A stretch of 63,796 bases of DNA from Macrostomum lignano. Taxonomy: Eukaryota. Position 1 is the first letter of the stretch; each line of letters begins with the position of its first letter. A model generated the notes under the pieces. It did not search any database, was not told the DNA's origin, and saw only the letters and a list, made by a program, of their open reading frames with translations. The position numbers and the translations under genes were made by a program. This document shows, one piece after another, positions 60,241 to 63,796 of the stretch. Where the stretch lies: contig NIVC01003383.1 of assembly GCA_002269645.1 (NCBI GenBank), positions 36,522 through 100,317 of the forward strand, read 5' to 3'.

Positions 60241-60541
60241 GGGCGGCGCTCTGTTAATAATTCAAAATTCAGTTGGACGAAAAAAAGTTGCTTTCAAGAA
60301 AAAACCCAATGGTTCCCAGCGGTGACAATTTGTCTGGATTGCAACACATTGGGATGAGCTTGCCAACTTTTCAGAAATTGTCCTAAGCTTTACTTTGGCG
60401 GAAACTTATTATTTAAACAAAAATTAATCGAATTATCAATTTGTGTTACTTGAGCTCATATTGCTCTGTCCAATCTAAACAAAATCAGATTTCACTTCTC
60501 AACCAAGACATCCACGATTCTTAAAAATTGAATTGGTTCCG

Positions 60542-62546
60542 TCACGGCGAAATGCTGACCACGAGTTTGAGCTCCTTCATCGAACATCGCCTGTCGGGAG
60601 TTTCCAAAACATGTTCTGCCTGTGGTGGATGGACACATTCGAGTAGATCCCTGTTGGGTTCGGCTTCATGCAACCGTTATACCACCAGCCACCGCCGCCT
60701 CTCACGCGGGAGCAATGCGCACTTGACACAACATCATTTTCAGCATCTAAAGTGGAGAACTGCATTCCTGAGTGGTAAATCATCGCATCGTGATTGACGC
60801 TGCAGCGGTCGCTGAGAAACGGAGCCACCGTCAGAGTGTAGTTGGTGAGCTGGCTCTGCACCATGAAGTTCGGGTGCTCGCAGAAGTAGCTGACATTGTC
60901 CCAGGAGGTCATCTCCACCCTCAGCTTCTCGGATCCGCTTGCGGTGAGAGCGTGGAGGGACCGGAGGCCTGGAGAGGTCAGGGTGACTTGTCCAGTACAT
61001 CACTCATGACTCTCCATCACCAGCTCTGCTCATGACTCACCCATCACCAGCTCTGCTCATGACTCACCCATCACCAGCTCTGCTCATGACTCACCCATCA
61101 CCAGCTCTGCTCATGACTCACCCATCACCAGCTCTGCTCATGACTCACCCATCGCCAGCTCTGCTCATGACTCAGCCATCACCAGCTCTGCTCATGACTC
61201 ACCCATCACCAGCTCTGCTCATGACTCGACCATCACCAGCTCTGCTCATGACTCATCCATCACCAGCTCTGCTCATGACTCACCCATCACCAGCTCTGCT
61301 CATGACTCATCCATCGCCAGCTCTGCTCATGACTCACCCATCGCCAGCTCTGCTCATGACTCAGCCATCACCAGCTCTGCTCATGACTCACCATCACCAG
61401 CTCTGCTCATGACTCATCCATCACCAGCTCTGCTCATGACTCAGCCATCACCAGCTCTGCTCATGACTCATCCATCACCAGCTCTGCTCATGACTCACCC
61501 ATCACCAGCTCTGCTCATGACTCATCCATCGCCAGCTCTGCTCATGACTCACCCATCGCCAGCTCTGCTCATGACTCACCCATCCACCAATTCTCCGAGT
61601 TGCCGAAGCCGCTCTCGTACTCAGCCCACGTCCGGTTGAACAGAACCGAGTTGCTGACGCGCTGCATGAACACGCAGTAGCGACTGTCCTCAACGACGGC
61701 CTGCTTTGGACAGGGCTCTGAAATGGGGTGGGTGCGGCTCTGCAATGGGGTGGGTTCGGCTCTGAAATGGGGTGGGTGCGGCTCTGCAATGGGTGGGTGC
61801 GGCTCAGCAATGGGGTGGGTGCGGCTCTGCAATGGGGTGGGTGCGGCTCTGCAATGGGGTGGGTGCGGCTCTGCAATGGGGTGGGTTCGGCTCTGCAATG
61901 GGGTGGGTGCGGCTCTGCAATGGGGTGGGTGCGGCTCTGCAATGGGGTGGGTGCGGCTCTGCAATGGGGTGGGTGCGGCTCTGCAATGGGGTGGGTGCGG
62001 CTCTGCAATGGGGTGGGTTCGGCTCTGAAATGGGGTGGGTGCGGCTCTGCAATGGGTGGGTGCGGCTCTGCAATGGGGTGGGTGCGGCTCTGCAATGGGG
62101 TGGGTGCGGCTCTGCAATGGGGTGGGTTCGGCTCTGCAATGGGGTGGGTGCGGCTCTGCAATGGGTTGGGTGCGGCTCTGCAATGGGGTGGGTGCGGCTC
62201 TGCAATGGGGTGGGTGCAGCTCTGCCCTTTGGTTGTCTCAGTGTTACAGTCCAGTGATCTCATCGAAAATCAACCTGAGCTTCACCTGTCGAGTAGCAGG
62301 TGTCGGTGAGCTCATCGAAGGAGCTGCGAGTCTCCGAGGTCTCAGAGCCCCAGCAGTCGATCGGCCTGTCGGCCATGCAGCATCTCTGATGCAGCTGGTG
62401 GAAGTCGAACCACCTGCAGGTTTTCCACGCGGTGCACAAGGTCGCGCACTCGATGAAGCTGCGAGCGGCCACCTGAGACGATGAGGCAGCTGCCGGTGTC
62501 TCAGGAGTCGTAGCACCTTGCCGCTTCATCTTGAAGCTGCAGGTGT
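60542..62546 (-). CDS. PAN/Apple-like + fibrinogen-related domain (FReD) protein; exons 62546(or 62536)-62286, 61717-61580, 60968-60542; 5' exon uncertain
   Basis: ARSFIECATLCTAWKTCRWFDF...C (PAN-like), then FMQRVSNSVLFNRTWAEYESGFG..ENWWMG|LRSLHALT...LRVEMTSWD...HSGMQFSTLDAEND....HCSRVRGGGGWWYNGC (FReD). All introns are phase 1. Restoring one base near 60582 gives the FReD-like end PMKELKLVVSISP*. Confidence 0.88.
61003..61585. repeat. Intronic minisatellite, 27-bp unit (ATGACTCACCCATCACCAGCTCTGCTC), abutting the 5' splice site
   Basis: About 21 copies. Confidence 0.96.
61714..62225. repeat. Intronic minisatellite, 22-bp unit (GGCTCTGCAATGGGGTGGGTGC), abutting the 3' splice site
   Basis: About 23 copies. 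Confidence 0.96.
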
Positions 62547-63491
62547 CTGCAAGTTTAGATTCAGGTTATCTGCTGTGCATGAAGCGCCACTGCGGGCTGC
62601 CAAGAGCAATGAACAAATGAGTGAAATGAACAACTCACAGGCAGTCGCGTGAGTTCCTAACTGCAGAAGCAGTGCGGCTGTCTCGATCATCAAGAAGACA
62701 CGCGAATTTGTGCTCAGTTCGATGTGTGCCATGATGGAAATTTTTAGCAGGCTGCACAAGCTGTCTGCTTACCTGTTGTGAAAGCAGACATGATTTATAG
62801 AGCCCGCTTGCGTGTCTCTTGTGTGATGCGACAGCCTCTCAAACCTCCCGCCAATGGCAGCAGCCGGACCGTGAATTGCTGAGAGGTTGCTGCTATGAAG
62901 AAACTGTGAGAAATGAGCAGGATGCTGCAAATCTTGCAGGACTTCACAAGGGCGCTGCCACCCCCAAGGCAAGACAAAATTAACGAGCATTTTCCCTAAC
63001 AAGCTAACTAGCTTGAAACTCAACAATGTGGAAAACCGCTTGAATGCTGCAAACTCCCAGATGCCATGAGGCAGCAGTCGAAGGGAAACTGCCGACTCTG
63101 CGTGGGCTGTGTCTGCAACCGAAGTACTTTTATGAAACCTTTGTCACTTTTGAGTCACCATATGCCACTGTTTATTGACTAATGCTGCTTCCATTCGCTT
63201 TGGCGGCTGAGCGGCAGGTGAATATTCATAAAAACTATAATAAATAATAGTATCCGTTAGAAACCATAGAAACCATAACAACCATAACACCAATTACCAT
63301 AGTAACCATAGCAACCATCAAGTCCTGAGAACAAGTAGCGTGAATTTCATGGAAGCAAGTACATGTACCTCGCAAGTTCGAGCCCCACTTTTTGGCCCAC
63401 ATTTAAAGAATTTCGCCAGCTTCCTGTAAGCAAAGTTTACTGTTAGCTTGATTGGAATTAAATAATATCTGAAGAATTACCTCCAATTCGA

Positions 63492-63658
63492 GCCCAGAGG
63501 CGCCAGCACCAAGAGGCGCAGCACCAGAGGCGCCAGCACCAGAGGCGCCAGCACCAGAGGCGCCAGCACCAGAGGCGCCAGCACCAGAGGCGCCAGCACC
63601 AGAGGCGCCAGCACCAGAGGCGCCAGCACCAGAGGCGCCAGCACCAGAGGCGCCAGCA
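63492..63658. repeat. Minisatellite, 15-bp unit (CCAGAGGCGCCAGCA)
   Basis: About 11 copies; reads (LAPLV)n on the minus strand. Confidence 0.92.
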
Positions 63659-63796
63659 GACAGATCAAGTAAAGATTCAATGAGACAAAGTCATCCTTAG
63701 TTGCCGTGACAAGGTAAATAATTCCCGTTGAAGAGAAACGGATTTTTCGTGGCTCAGAGTTTACTCTTCAATCTTGATTGTTCTGAGCAAACTGCC

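Overview
Eukaryotic (animal) genomic DNA. It has GC-rich exons, GT-AG introns filled with minisatellites and AT-rich intergenic DNA, which resembles the flatworm Macrostomum (inference only). Genes supported: a complete 8-exon Brahma/SMARCA2-4 remodeller (+, 5799-20941); a small secreted Ly6/three-finger-like gene with a 5'-truncated inverted copy (23.1-26.5 kb); a stand-alone ALK/LTK-type glycine-rich protein (-); an unannotated 2-exon 39-aa Cys/His microprotein with a duplicated terminal exon (+, 39143-39505 and 42626-42696); a GDA1/CD39 NTPDase C-terminal fragment (-); a stonin/stoned-B gene (-); a class A GPCR (+); and a PAN-like + fibrinogen-domain gene (-). Mobile DNA: a MULE-type MITE with a 9-bp TSD, a head-to-tail Helitron dimer, a CORE-like tRNA-SINE, a second tRNA-SINE family, a nested palindrome and more than 15 tandem arrays. 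Eight apparent frameshifts are each a one-base loss, nearly all from a short C/G run, most likely long-read consensus error. Best leads: minisatellites built from splice sites, a possible intron-spliced natural hairpin RNA, and the conserved microprotein. No CRISPR, rRNA or intact tRNA gene is supported.
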